Shown here piece by piece: positions 1 through 13,600 of a stretch of DNA of 64,000 nucleotides. Location: assembly GCF_009914755.1 (NCBI RefSeq), contig NC_060938.1; one strand, 5' to 3'. The translations under genes and the position numbers were made by a program. The notes under the pieces were generated by a model. It worked only from the letters and a program-made list of their open reading frames with translations, ran no database searches and had not been told where the DNA came from. Within the stretch, counting starts at the first letter, position 1. Each line of letters opens with the position of its first letter. The stretch is from the human T2T-CHM13v2.0 reference genome, Homo sapiens.

Positions 1-254
1 TACAGGAGTTCCTGGCCTGCAGGCTGCTGGTGGGGTGTGGTGTGCTGGCGCAATGTCCAGTGAGCTGTTCCAGGTCCCAGGTTCGCCCTTTTCTGCTACT
101 GGGCAGTCCTTCTGGAAGCCCCGGAGGAGTGGCTGGTGCCTAGGGCCCAGGGGGCACCCAGCTTCCATCCAGCCTAAGTCTTGGGGCTCCCTGTGAACTT
201 CCTTTCGCAGACATGGTTCTGTTCCAGGTCCCGGGAGGGGCCTGGAAGCTGGTA

Positions 255-306
255 CCGGCCATGGGTTGGGCAGGGTGAGCCGGCCATGGGTTGGGCAGGG
301 TGAGCC
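255..306. repeat. 25-bp tandem duplication (ccggccatgggttgggcagggtgag x2)
   Basis: Direct reading. Confidence 0.9.
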
Positions 307-1417
307 CTCCATGGTGGTGAGGAGGGATACTGTCTGGGATGGCAGGGCCTCTGTCTGGAGTGTCCCTCCTGGGTCCCGGGGCGGCTTGTTCTGCTGACGT
401 GCCGTGCCTGGCCTCTGGCCTGTGCCACTTGGGACACCCTGAGGACGCTGGGCCTTCCAGACCAGCCCACGTCCCCTCAGCACGGGGACCCCAGTCCTCT
501 GCTAGCCTGGGTACAAAGGACGCCTCGGGCAGTGGTTATCGACTGGACACTTGGGGCCGAATGACGCTTGGCACCTGGGTGACCGTGACCTGACCAGGCC
601 ACGGTGCCCAAGGGGGTCCTTGGAGAGCTTGGGGCACTGGGCCCTTGGGGAAGGGGCCGGGGCGAGGGGTGGCCAGGCTGAAGCAGGCTGCCTTCCCTGC
701 CTTGCCTGGGGTTGCATCCCCCCACGCCGCCCAGGACCAGGTTTGGCCTGAGGGTTCGGGGTCCCACGTGTCTGGGAATGGAACGTGCGGAGGTGGAGCT
801 CACGTTTGCTGGGCTGTCCCGGGCGTTTAATTACGTTTGTGCTTCATTATGAGGAGGCCTCCCTTTCTGGGATTTATTTGAGCTAATGAGTTGGAAATGC
901 CAGGGTAGTATTTCAGATGAGGGAGCGCCACACATCACCGTACGTGGGGCAATTAGTGTTCCTGCCAAATAGTTATCGTGGTTTCTTCTCTAATTACGCC
1001 GCTGGGTGCTCCCAGGAGGCTCAGGGGTGAGAGGGTGGGGGGTCTGTGTCCATCGGTCTTGACCAGTGTGGTCGCTGCGATTCTGGAGTTTGATGGGGGA
1101 GAGGCGGAAAGTCTGGCTTCTGGACCACCATCTGCCTCCCTCTCTGCCTCCAAGGAGTCCTGCTGGGGCAGACCGCCCACACACCCCGAGCTGGGAACGT
1201 GACCTCACGGCCCAGGCAGGCCTTCCCCACTGGCCTCTCTGCCAGCCCTGATTTCTGGGGCCTTCCCGGCTTCACAGGCTGGGCCCTGGGGGTGCAGAGC
1301 CCCCAGGAATGTGCTGGGCTCTGGGGTGCCCAGGCCTGTCTCTCCCACTCCGGGTGCCAGGGGGCAGTGGTGTCTCTGCCCTTGCGTTCCTTATACGCAC
1401 TCTCTCCTTCCCTCCAG

Positions 1418-1605
1418 GCCGAGGCAGCGGTGGCGGCCGTGGCGGTGGCAGACACGGTCCGAGAATGCCCCCCCGTGGCCGGCCCTGATGGCTTGTCGAA
1501 GGCCTGGGGCCGTGGTGGAGTCTGCACGTCAGCCCTGGTCACCCCCACCCCGGGCTCGGTGGGGGGCTCCACAGGCCCCTCAGCTGCAGCCTCCTTCTTC
1601 ATAAG
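1418..1605 (+). CDS. KIF26A: KIF26A coding exon (exon 4), [12 protein letters not shown]...SAAASFFIR
   Basis: Acceptor tctctccttccctccag|GCC, donor ATAAG|gtatgt; 188 nt, ends in phase 2. Confidence 0.93.
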
Positions 1606-4600
1606 GTATGTCCTGGGGCTTCCTGGGCAGCCTTGTGGGCAGGGCCCCATGGCCCCGGCTGTGGGCCCCTGGGGACCTATGGGCCGTTCTTGGGGGACCT
1701 CGGGCATGCTTGCTGCTGAGACGAGTGGATGGGGAGCTGCTCCGACCACAGCTGCTGAGCCGCTCACAGCCTGCCGGCCTCTCGGGCCCCATGCCCGATG
1801 TTGGGGGGCATCTCATCCTCGGGGGAGCACTGCCAAGGAGGGGCTCTGTGGCCAGGACCCTGCCTGAGTTGGAGCCTGGTCCCTGCCTCTTCTGAGCTGT
1901 GCAATCTTGGGCAAATCAACTAACCTCTCTGTGCCTCAGTTTCCTCCCGTCAGCTGGGCTCTTCCTCATAGGAGTCGCTGTGACTGCAGCAAGAAAATGT
2001 CTGTGAAGCCTGGAGAATGTGGCCCGGAGTGGGGCAGCTCAGCTGTGGACATTGGGGGCTGCCCGGGGGAGGCGCAGGCTGGGGCCACGGAGAGGACAAG
2101 GCTGGCCTTCAGGCAGCACAAGGGGAGGGGCAGCAGGGCTTGAGCGGGTGCCCACGGTGCCAGCCGGGCTTGTGGTTGGCAGGTCCAGCTCCACCAGGAG
2201 CATCCCACATTGGGGGACCATGTCTGACATCACTTGGTTGCTTTCCCAGGCCCCGAGCTCGGGGTGCCTGGTTTCTCTGCTCTCCCCCCTGCTGATCCCC
2301 ACCACTGCCAGAATGCCAGGCCTGAGGCCCTGCAGGCACCAGGTCCTTGCCGACTGGTGGTGTGGATGGGGTGGGCCAGGCAGAGGGAACAGGAGAGCAG
2401 AGGTGGGGAGGGGGAGTTGGCATGGAGGGGCGTGGTGTGGGAGCCTCCACTGGGCCCTTCCCGGCAGGGCCTTTGGTCCTGGGACCCGTGGCAGAGCCTC
2501 CTCTCATCCTGATGGTGTAAGGATGCGGATTACAGGATGTAATTGCCATAATGCCTGGTAATGGCAGGCCCAGCCGCGGGTCAGTGTCCCATTAGCAGCC
2601 CCACGCGGGTGCTGATAAGCTTGAACATGCATCACACCCAGCGGCCAGAGACGAGGGTGTCTTATCAGCGCCGGCCCTGGGGACCGTGTGGTCTGATTGC
2701 AGAGTGACGGGGCATATGATTAGGGCATTGTCGCACGCCGTGTGCCGGGCTGAGGGCTGATGAGCACACCATCGCGTTGGAGCACAGCCAGACCGCGCAC
2801 GTGACCAGTGTGGCCTCAGCGCCACCCCAATTAGGTGCCGAGAGCACGGCTGGCTGGGACCCTGGTGGGAGCAGATGGGGGTCTTGCCCATCCTGCTCTG
2901 GGGTCCCCCGTGTGTGGGACAGCCCACCCCGTCACAACCGGCCTAGTCCTGAATTAAAGGGCCTGTGCGGCTGTTCTGGGCACAGCCCTGTGGCCGTGCT
3001 CCTTTGGGTCCTGTTTGGCAGGAGGATTTGAAACGTGGAGACTTCCAGAAAAGAAAGAATAGCTCCAGTGCTCAGAGCTCCCCCCGTCCCTGATGCTAAG
3101 CCCCCTGGTGCCAAGGAGGGTTCCTGACACTGGGAAGTAAGGGTAGGGTGTCGGCCCCCAGGCCGGTGCGTTGGTGACCTGGAGCCCAGCAGAGCGGCCC
3201 TGGCTGCCTTTTGTTTGGGAGCCGAGGCCGGTGCCGCTTGCCAGCCGCGCTGCCTGCTGACCTTGGGAAGTTACCATAGAAACCAGCGCATCGGGCTGGG
3301 GACCCAGAGGCGGTTCTCCCAAGGCGGGGGCGCTGCCGGCTGCCATTACTTCCAGCCTGTTAGGCACCCTGGGTCTCAGCGGCTTCTGCGAGGCCACTGC
3401 AGGTGGCAGGTCGTGGTTCAGGTTGTGGCGGGGGACATCCTGGCAGGTGGGCCCTGTCGGTGGATGCCTGACGTGGGCTGGGGTCGGTGGTGGGTGACCT
3501 CCTCTGTGGGGCTGCAGTACCCTGAACCCTCAGGGGTGAGATCAGAGGGGGTGTCCACTCCTGGGTTTTGTGGGTGTGGGGCTGTGGCTCTGAGTGGGGA
3601 CGAGTCCACCAGGAGACAGTGGAGCTTCAGCCCCCGCCCCAGGGGTCTTGGGCACGTGCTGAGGGTACCTTCTGTGCTCCCACCTCCACCCTCGAAGAGG
3701 ACCTGGGAGGGAGTGGCACTGACCCCAGCCCCTGCTCTGCCCTTGGGAAGTTTCCAGTCTGGAGGGACCGAGGGGCACCTCTGTGGAGGCAGCCTTAGAT
3801 GGCAGCACGGGACCCGTGCAGCAGTCAGGGCAGAGTGGCCTCTCAGGGAGCGGGCTTTGAGGGTTGAGTAGGAGTCTGGCAGGCAGCATTGCCAAGTGGA
3901 GACGGAATGGGGTGGAGGTCAGGAGTTTGAGTTTTTGAATCCCGTGGGCCTGGGGAGTCTCAGCTCTGCTGCTGCCCACAAGCACCCCCCAGCCGGATTA
4001 GGGCACCAGCCTCAGGCTGCCCCCTGATCCTTTCAGTGGCCTCTGGGCTCCTTATGTCCACACAGGGAAGCTGGGATGTGGAGTGATCCCATGGGTGCCC
4101 GGGTACCCGAGTTTCGTTAATGCTAACAGGGGCATAGATAGAGCAGGGGCTGAGCCCCATGCCCTCACCCCCTGGGTGGGGCCTGGGGAAGCTGCAGGGA
4201 TTGAGGCAGCGCAGCTGTGACAGAGCTTGGCATGCTGGCCCAGCAAGTGTTCGGGAGGGTGGGGCGCGTGGGCCGGGTGGCCCCGGGGTTAGGAGTTCTC
4301 CGAAGGCTCTGGTGACCCCCAGAGTTAGGAGTTCCCTGAAGGTTCTGGCAACTCTGATGACGCTGTCTGAGGCCCCGCTGGTTTGTGCCGGTGCTGGGAG
4401 CCTCTGCAGTGCCTCCTCTGAGGTACTTCCGTCATCATACTCTCACCTGCTCGCTGCCATGCTGGTATGGGGGTCCCCTCCAAGACCCCAAATCAAATGT
4501 CTTTGAGAAAACTGCTAAGGGAGATTGCTTCCATTGGGTGGGGAGCACCTCATGGCACTTGCAGGTACCCAGGCCCCCCACTCCCCACCCCACTGTGGCC

Positions 4601-7600
4601 TCAGCAGAGCCCCCGTGTCAGCCTGGATGCCCAGGCCCATGGACGGTCAGGCTGGCACCCAGCAGAAGTGCAGCGCCTGCGGGGGGAGTGCGCTGCCCTG
4701 AGGCTTAGCTGGGGACCCGCATGGAAGGCACTGTCTGGAGAGGTGTCCCCACCTGTCTTCTGGCCTGTGGGTGAAAATCCAGGACACAGGAAGTGTGGAC
4801 CACAGCAGGGCTGGGAGTTGGAGGGGCTGATGCCTCAGTCTCCAGCTGCCTCCAGCTGGGGTCCAGGGTCCCCTTCGCAGGTCTGCAGGACCCAGCTGGG
4901 GTCCCCCGATGCCTGCCCTGGTTCCTTGGTGGGGCAGGTCCGGCAGGTGGCAGGTGCCCCTGGGGTGAGGTGGGGGTAGGGAGGGTGGGGCTCCGTCCAC
5001 CAGCCTCGCACGGCCCAGTGTGGAAGCTCTGGGTTGGCCATAAGTGATTCCTGCACGCGACAGAACAGGCTCGTGTGTCTCCTTGGGGTAATTAAGGGCC
5101 TCACCATCAAGGCCAACTGCCTGTGAAATTACCCTCTTGTTTGGAAGCGGTGATTTTTCTCTGTAAAAAGGAAAATATTTCCTTTTCTGTTGACATGAAT
5201 CGATGGCCAGGGCCAATGAGCCCAGGCAAGGCTGTGGGATTGCAGCAAGACACCTGGTGGCTCTGGGGGCCGTTCAGGTGCCCGCTGTCTCGTTCATCCT
5301 CGCTCACGCGTGTTCTGAGCTTCTTCTGTGAGCATCTGCCCCCAGACCCCCTGCTGGCAGGGACATAGCTGTGTAAACTGGTGTCTCACGGCAGGGGGTA
5401 GTTGCTATAGAAGCAGGAGGCGCAGGGGCTGGGGACACCCATCTCAGGGCATCAGGGCAGGCTTCCTGGAGGAGGTGTCCTGTGAGGATGGGGGCTGTTT
5501 ATGCAGGTGAAGTTCCTGCTTTTCTGAGTCTTCCCTTCTGAGTCAAACCCCTCAGACTTGCCCACTGAGGGCCGCCGCTCCCTGGCAGTGTTGGGTGTGG
5601 GCAGTGTCTGCTGTGGCCTGGGGGAGACAAACCCCACTGCTCAGAAAGTAAGTTCGTGCCTCCACAGGGCCGGGGGCCCTCAGGGGCTGTTGAACCCAAG
5701 CGTGGTAGCCAGATGGGGGCTGCTGTGTCTGACGGTCGTTTCCATGGGGGCCTGAATTTCATCAAAGGAGAAAGTGCCCGTTCTGGGGCCTCGTTAATGC
5801 AGTGGCAGGTCTTTGAGTCATACCAGTGAGGTAAGCCCGTAAAAGCAGGCACCGGGAGGGCCCAGCGGGCTGGGGTGCAGCCTGTTGGCGATGGGCGCCA
5901 GGAGGAGGAGGCGCCTCAAGTTAGGTCAGATTGTGGGGTGGAGATGTGGGGCGAACAACCTTCCAGACTTCCAGGGCTGATGGAACCACAGAGGACGCCC
6001 GGTCCCAGCCTCTGTCTAGGCGGCCTGGGCCCTGGGTGTGCCCGCTGTGGCCCAGGCATACCTGAGATCTGTGCTGCGGACGCTGCTCCTGGGAGGGTCA
6101 CTGGAGGGGCAGAGCCCTTGTGTGGCCGACGGGGCAAAGGGCCAGCCTGGTTTTGGCCTCTGCAGACCTAAGGCTCCAGCCTCAATCTCCCTCTGGCCTC
6201 TCCAAGTGCTGCTCCAGTCTCCAGTGCTTGCCCGGCCTCCGCGTCCCCTGGAAGCTTGGGGGTGTGGGTGCCGATGCCCTATTGCCCACAGCCTTGGGTT
6301 GCAGCTGGTACCTTGACCCTGCCCAGCCTTGGGAGGGGCTGCAGGGGAGGGTGGAGGAGCTGGCTCTGGGTGGGCGTGACCTCTCCCCATCCACTTGAGG
6401 CCGAGCCAACACCCTCCAGTGAGGGCTGGTGCTGGGCGTCCCCCACATCCATTTCCAGAGGAGGAAAGGGGTCCAGGGAGGCTCCCTGTCCCTTATAGGG
6501 GCCACCGTGGGGACCGTCCTCAGCCCTGCCTGTCCAGGTAGGGTGGGGGGCTTCCCACCTGCACCTGCAGGGCCCTGCCCTTCCCCCCGCCCCGCCCCAA
6601 GAAACCTGGGGTCCCAGCCTTGGAGCAGCGCCAGGCAGCAGGGTGGGGTAGCCCTGTCCCAGTCCTGCCTGCTAGATGCGGATGTTTTCCAAAGCGGGGC
6701 CGCAGCTTCTTCCCTTGCGGGCAGCTGGCGGGAAGCTGAGGTGTAACCCAAGGTCGTGGGGTGGGGGGTCTGGAACAGGAGGCTGAGGCTGGGGTGGTGG
6801 GCAGGCAGGAAGAACCCCAAGAGCAGACACTGGTGAAATCCAAGCCTCCTCCCACCTGTGCCCCCAAATGGGCAGATGCAGCCCTGCCTGCCTGCCTCTG
6901 GCCTCGCCCAGGCCCCTGCCCAGTCTCCCTGCCCGCTATGGGGGCTCACTTTGAGGTTTGGGTTGTGGCTCTGCCCTCTGCGCTTCCCAGCGTTCCCCTC
7001 TGCCCGGGCTTCTTGCCCTGTGGACAGACGCACAGACACACAGACAGCGTGGGCGAGTGTGTCGGCCTCCATCCTGTCCCTGATCTGCTGTGTGAGTGAT
7101 CTTTGGGCGACGAGGGCACAAGGGCCTCTTCCTTGCAGGGCAGTTGTGAGGTTTACAGAGACGAGGCTTAGGCACGGTATTGGGTAAATGCTGGCGATGC
7201 TGGGTGAGGTCCAGGGGTCTCAGGCACACAGGCCCGGGCCCCAGGATGCAGGTGCCATTGCCTCCCCTTGCAGGCCTCCCTGCCGCGTTGGGCCCCACCC
7301 TGTGTGGCTCAGCTACCAGAGGGTCGCGAACCTGGGACCCCAGTGACCCCGGAACCCCGAGCATGCGCGGCACGGGGCGGCCATGGGCCCCGACCCCTGC
7401 TCTGACTCACACCTGCATCCTGGGGCCCAGGCCCGTGTGCCTGAGACCCCTGGACCTCACCCGGCATCGCCAGCATTTACCCAATACCGTGCCAGCTGTG
7501 GGTAAGGAACCCAAGTCCCCGAGGCGGCGGGTGGGCTTCCCACACCTGGAACTACCGGGGCTTCTCCTGGGTAGCCGTGGGTTTGGTTCCTGGGATTCTT

Positions 7601-10600
7601 CCTCCTGGCATCCCCCGGCTCCACGTCTTGCCTGGGTGGCCGCAGGCACCGCCCGCCACTGCCCTACTAAGGACTCCACCATGTGTCATAGATTACTTTT
7701 ACTTTCCACGATGACACCTCACTAGGAGGAAAGCCATCCCTGGGGTCTCTTAAGAGACAGCTCCTATTCAAAATGAAAGAAATTAAGCAAAACGCCAGCG
7801 CTGCAGCCGCCGCAGTGGGGGCAGCGAGAGGCCGGGCCCGGCTCTGGGGTGCAGGTCCTTCCACACTGGGGTCAGTTTTAGGGAGTCAAGATAGACGTGA
7901 GAGGCCGAGGGCTGTGGGGGGGGCGTGGGGCATGTTAGGGGACAGAGGAGCCCAGGGTGGGTCGGGGGAGCGCCGGTGGTCAGCGTTCACCACACCCTTC
8001 GCCGGGTGGCATCCTGGCCTCTGGCCCGCGTGGGAGCGCCTCCTGTTGGGAGGTGGTGACACCCAGTGTGTGTGTTCGTTCACCCCTGTGGCGTCCTGGT
8101 GTCCCTGTGCTGGTGGGTCCATGATCCGGGGTAGGGGCTCTGGGTGCCTGCAGCACAAAATGTGCTGGGAGGGTGTGGGGCCCTGCAGAGGTGGGGTGGG
8201 TGGGCCACAGAGAAGCCACCCCAGGGAATGAGTAGGTGTGGCCCAGTGATGGGACCTGGGAACACATCCCCAGCAGCAGGGTTAGCACAGCCAGGGCTCA
8301 GAGGCGCGGCGGGCCTGTACTCTGTGTGTGTGCCTGTCTGCGTGTGTATGTGTGTGCTCTGTGTGTGTATGTGTGTGAGTGTGTGTGCGTGTCTGTGTCT
8401 GTGTGCGTGTCTGTGTGTGTGCGCGTGTCTGTGTGTGCATCTCTGTGTGTGTGTCTGCATTTCTCTTTCTCTGTATATCCTTGTCTCTGTGTGAGTGTCT
8501 GAGTATGTGTGTGTGTCTCTGAGTGTCTGTGTGCCTGTGTCTCTCTGTATATGTGTCTCTGTGTCTTTATGTGTCTGTCTCTGTGTGTGTCTCTATGTCT
8601 CTCCGTGTTTCTGTATGCATATGTGTCTCTATGTGTGCGTCTCTGTGTGTGTTTCTGTATGCGTGCACGTGTCTCTGGGTGTGCCTCTGTGTGTGTCTGT
8701 ATGTGTATGTGTGTCTGTGTGTCTCTGTGTTTCTGTATGCATGTGTGTGTTTCTATGTGTGTGTGTCTCTGTGTGTGTGTCTCTGCATGTATATGTCTCT
8801 GTGTGTTTCTGTATGCATGTGTGTATCTCTATGCATGTGTCTGTGTTTCTGTATGCATGTGTGTGTCTGTGTGTCTCTGCATGTGTTTCTGTGTGCATGT
8901 GTGTCTCTGTCTCCGTATGCATGTGTGTGTCTGTATCTCTATGCATGTGTGTGTCTCTGTATGCATGTGTGTCTGTGTGTCTCTATGCATGTGTGCGTCT
9001 GTGTGTCTGTATCATGTGTGCGTCTGTGTGTCCCTGTGTGCATGTGTCTCTGTGTCTGTATGCATATGTGTTCTGTGTGTCTCTGTATGCGTGTGTGTCT
9101 GTCTCTGTGTGTGTTTCTGTATGCGTGTGTGTGTGTGTCTGTGTGTGTCTCTGTATGCATGTGTGTGTGGGCCTCTGTGTATGTTTCCATGTGCATGTGT
9201 GTCTGTGTGTCTCTGTATGCATGTGTGTATCTTTGTGTCTCTATGCGTGTGTGTGTGTCTGTGTGTTTCTGTATGCATATGTGTGACTGTGTGTCTCTGT
9301 CTCTGTGCATATGTGTGTCTGTGTGTTTCTGTATGCATATGTGTGTCTGTGTTTCTGTATGCATGTGTGTGACTGTGTCTCTGTGTCTCTGTGTGCATAT
9401 GTGTGTCTGTGTGTTTCTGTGTGCATGTGTGTGTTTCTGTGTGTGTCTGTGTGTGTCTCTGTAGGGTGTGCGTGTCGAGGTCCCCTGGGAGTCCACCCCA
9501 GTGGCTCCCAAGCATGCACTGGCCTCCCCTGGAGGGTGTGTTAAACCCAAGCGTCAGCCTCTCCCCTGGAGGTCCTGTGGTCCGGGGGCTTTGGGAGACT
9601 CTGCACCTTCTGGGAGTTCCCTGGGGGCACTGTGGGTGCAGGAATCCCCCACCCCTGGCGGTGCTGGGGCAAGGCTGAGCCTCAGGGTGGGCTTTGGGGT
9701 GGGGAGGCGCTCGCCCTGGCTGAGGGGCAGGGTGGCAGCGGGGGCACTTCCCAGCAGCCCTGAGTGACGAGGGTGGCAGGAGCCCAGGAGCCCAGGAGCT
9801 GGGCAGTGGCTCCAGGATGGCTCTAGGGCCTTGGTGATCGGCAAGGGGCAAGGCAGCCTCACCTGGGGCCTGGGGCTTGGGGTGTGGTAATCTCGACAGC
9901 AGGATTAATTGAGCCCTTCCTGTATGTGGTCACTGTGCTGGGTGCCTTGAGTGTGTCAGTCCATTAGAGCCACACAGAGGCCTCCATTGTCACCTCATCC
10001 CACTTTGGAGATGTAGAAACTGAGGCATAGGCAGGCCAGGTGGATGTGCCCAGGTCACAGCTGTGCATGGCTGCCCACAGCCTGGGCATCGGGTGGGAGC
10101 AGCTTTCACTGTCCGACCCCCGGCAGCGGCTGCAGGTGGGGGATGAGGGCACACCCCTTGGTGGGGGGATGGCATTCAGTGCAGAGCACAGGGAGGGGCG
10201 CTCAGCCTGTGTGGGTCTGGACCCTGTCACAAGCTTGGTGTGAATGCTGGGCAGAGTCCCTGGGGCAGGGACGCCATGGAGGCCCCAGCCTGAACCGTCC
10301 ACTGTAGAAATGAAGTGCAGGCCTCCCAGCCACATTTTGGACTGGGTTTCCTGGGATGGTGGCTGATGAAGTCCCAGGGTGGGATCGCCTGGTGACTCGC
10401 AGGCGGGTGACAGGAACAGCTGCTGTCACCCACCACTGATCCTGCCTCTGCCTCTCCTCCCCAGGGCTATGCAGAAGCTCAGCCTGGCCTCCAAGAGGAA
10501 GAAGCCCCACCCGCCACCGCCTCCAGCCACCCGCGGCACCTCCACCTACCCCACCGACTTCAGCGGGGTCCTGCAGCTGTGGCCGCCCCCGGCGCCCCCC

Positions 10601-13600
10601 TGCCTGCTCAGGGCCGCCTCCAAGACCAAGGACAACCCTGGCAGCATCGGGAAGGTAGACGCAGCCCCGAGTTCGGGGCCCTGGGTGGGGAGGCCAGAGG
10701 CGTCTGAGAAGACGCAGGAGGGGTGAGGGAGTGGAGGGGCTGCCACTTCCTTCTCTGGGTTGGATAAGGGTGGTCAGTGGGGTGCCATGGGGAGACTGAG
10801 GCCCAGGTGGCAGCAGGGAGCCTGGGAGCCTGTGCTGGGCTGGGACTGCCGGGATGGGAGGGGAGTGGCGTGTCCTAGGGGTCCCAGGGGCATGTACTAG
10901 GTTCAGCGTGGGGCGGGACAGCCAGGTCACGGGGCTCCCAGGGACTAAGGTTGGGTTTGATCCAGGGAAGCCCCTTGCGTAGGCTCCACTGAGACGCAGC
11001 CCTGAGGGGGCTGGGGGCAGGAGGGGACTCTCTGCTCTCCAGAGTCACCGTGTGCAGGCGGGCCCCTGCCATGGGAAAGCGGGATGCGTGATGGGTTGAT
11101 TCTGGCGCCGCGCTCCACATGGGAAGACTGCCGCCTGTGGAGGGCACAGGGCCTCCATCAGTGATGGGACAGGCTGGCTCCTGGCTGTCCCTGGAGCTCT
11201 GAGCCTGGGGCCTGTGGCTTGCTGGTTGTGCCATCCGAGTCTCGGAGAAATACCTGCCCTGGCTGGACGTGGCCCTGCCTTGTGCTGGGAGCTGGCAGTG
11301 CCTGGTTCGTGGGCCCATTGAGTCAGGTGGGCTCTTTGTGCCCATGGAGGGTGGGAAGCCAGTCACACAGCTCTGTGTGTGCCCCCGGTGGCTTTTTCCT
11401 GCCCCTCGGCCTGCTCTGCAGCCAGCCCCCTCCCGCCCAGCACCCCGAAAGCACTGCCTGGTGCCTCCAGGCCCGGGAGGCTCTGTGCCCCACATGGGCC
11501 ATCAGGCTCCGTGCCCCTCTGGACTTGGACCACGATTCCCAGGGGTTCAGCTCTCCAGGGGACAAGGTCTGGAGGGGACGCTGTGCCCACGTTGGAGACC
11601 CCCTGGCAGAAGGCCCCTGTCCCTGGGCCTGGGGGTGCCACAGGCCTCTCCCACTGCCCTAGCTGTACTGGGTCTAGGGTGCCAGGAGCACCCCTCGCAG
11701 TCCTGGTGAGAGCCTGCTTGACCTTTACAGCTCTGTAGTCCTGGAGGGGCCTCCTGGGCAGCCACACCTTGGGATTTTGTTAGAGCTCGGGAGGTGCCAG
11801 GCTCGTGGGAGGGTTTGGAACATGCTGGCTACGGGGAAGGGCTGTAAGTGACTGTGTGTCTGGCCACGCCCTCAGTGGTGCAGTTGCTGGGGGCTGTGCC
11901 CCCTGCCCGCCCGGTGATGTAGCGAGCATTGTACTTGCAGCCCCTGGAACGCTAATTTCGTGACTTGAGCCCTCCAACCTCTCCAGGGCAGCCCTGGCCT
12001 GAATTGACGGTGGCTACTGGTCTGGGGCAGTGGTGGGTCCCTAGGGAGGGCCGCCGTGGGGCATAGGGGCTCTGGGGCGGCCTGTGGGGCAGACCTGACA
12101 GCTCTTACCATCTTCATAGGCCATGGCGGGTCCGGGTGGGGGCATCAGGCAGTTGGCACCTTGGAGCTGCATGGGTGTCCAGAGGGGAGTGTGTGGTGAG
12201 ACCACCAGGAGCCTCCCGATCTCCCTGACTCTGGGTCTCCACCCCGAGCACCCCACCAGTTGCCAGGGTTTGAATGGATCGCTTGTCCCTCTGGGCACTG
12301 GTTTCCGTTTGTGGTAAGGAGGGCTTGGCGGGCATCTGGCATCTCTGTCCTCCGGAGGCGACATTCTGCATCCAAGGCCCGGGGGCAGGGGAAGCTGTGT
12401 GGCCTGGATCAGGGACTTGTCATTGCTCCGCTGGGGTTGGGGCAAGGCCCCTGCCTGGGGTGAGGCGGGGGTGGTGGGTGAAGCAGAGTTGGGGGACTAG
12501 GCCGGGGGTCACTGCCTCCCTGGAAATCTCTTTGCCTAGCACTGCTGGGGGTCTGCGGGGAACAAGGGGGCTCCTGATCTCTGTGCGTGTGCCCGGCACG
12601 GGCTGTTTCTCCACAGTCCCCTGGGATGCGAGGCCAGTGGCATCAGCCTGTGTTTTGGGCCCAGGCCTGGCTGGCTGGGGCACCCTGGGTCCTCCCCACC
12701 CTCAACAGTCTCCTTGAGACAGGGCAGGTGGGTGCTGGGGCCAGGCTGCCGCTGCCCTGGCCACGTGGGCTGCAGAGCTGTGCCGAGAGCTCAGGAGGAC
12801 GCCGAGGTCAGGTGTGGGCGGTGGTGGGCAGGCAGCATCCAGGTTCCCCGCCCAGCCTGGGATCGGGGCCCTGGCTCTGGCCTGGGCCTGGCACTCAGCC
12901 TGTTTGTGCCATCCAGTTGGGGCGGGGGGCAGAGGAGTCAGCAGCTCCTTCAGGAGCCCGCAACACTTTTCCCAGCGCCCCGCGTTTCTTAGGGGACAGC
13001 TTCTGCCCCACTTCCTCCTGGGGGCAGCCTTGGCCGGGCTTCTCCCTTCTCTCCATGGCAGTCACACCCCCACCCTGCTCCGGAGTGCTCAGTGCTTCCC
13101 CAGCAACAAGGAGCCCTGGGTCACCAGCCTTCCAGCCCCTCCACCCTGCACACCCCCCAGCTCCCCGGGTGTTATTAGCACTAATGTCACATAGTCAGAA
13201 ATGCCGCCTGAAAGGCGTTTAATATTGTCACAGAAAAGAAGTTAGATTACGTTCAATTTCTGACATTAATGTGCTACTTAAGATAATTCATCACAGTGTG
13301 GTATAAAAAAGACATCCCTGTCTGGGTGGGTGCTGAGCAGCGCCCTTCCCCCTCCCTGCCTGGGCTACCTCTTCAGAGCTGGAAGCCCTTTTTTAATGCA
13401 AAATGTGTTTTTTCTCTCCCAGGCAGCTATTCCGTGGGGCTTTGTAATATCTGAACATTTAGGGGAGAGGCTTGCTGTGCCTTTTCCTGCAAAGACCCTG
13501 TCATTTCCCTGCAGTAATGACAGGGTTCTCTTTCGGCAGACAATGGCCTGCGCTGGGACCAGGGCAGTGTGGGGCAGGCTAGATGGGCGGTGCCCCCACT

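Noticed and set aside
8495-9851. Cys/Val-rich and His/Thr-rich ORFs
   Set aside because: Translation of (TG)n/(CA)n low-complexity DNA; the same applies to 33126-33993.
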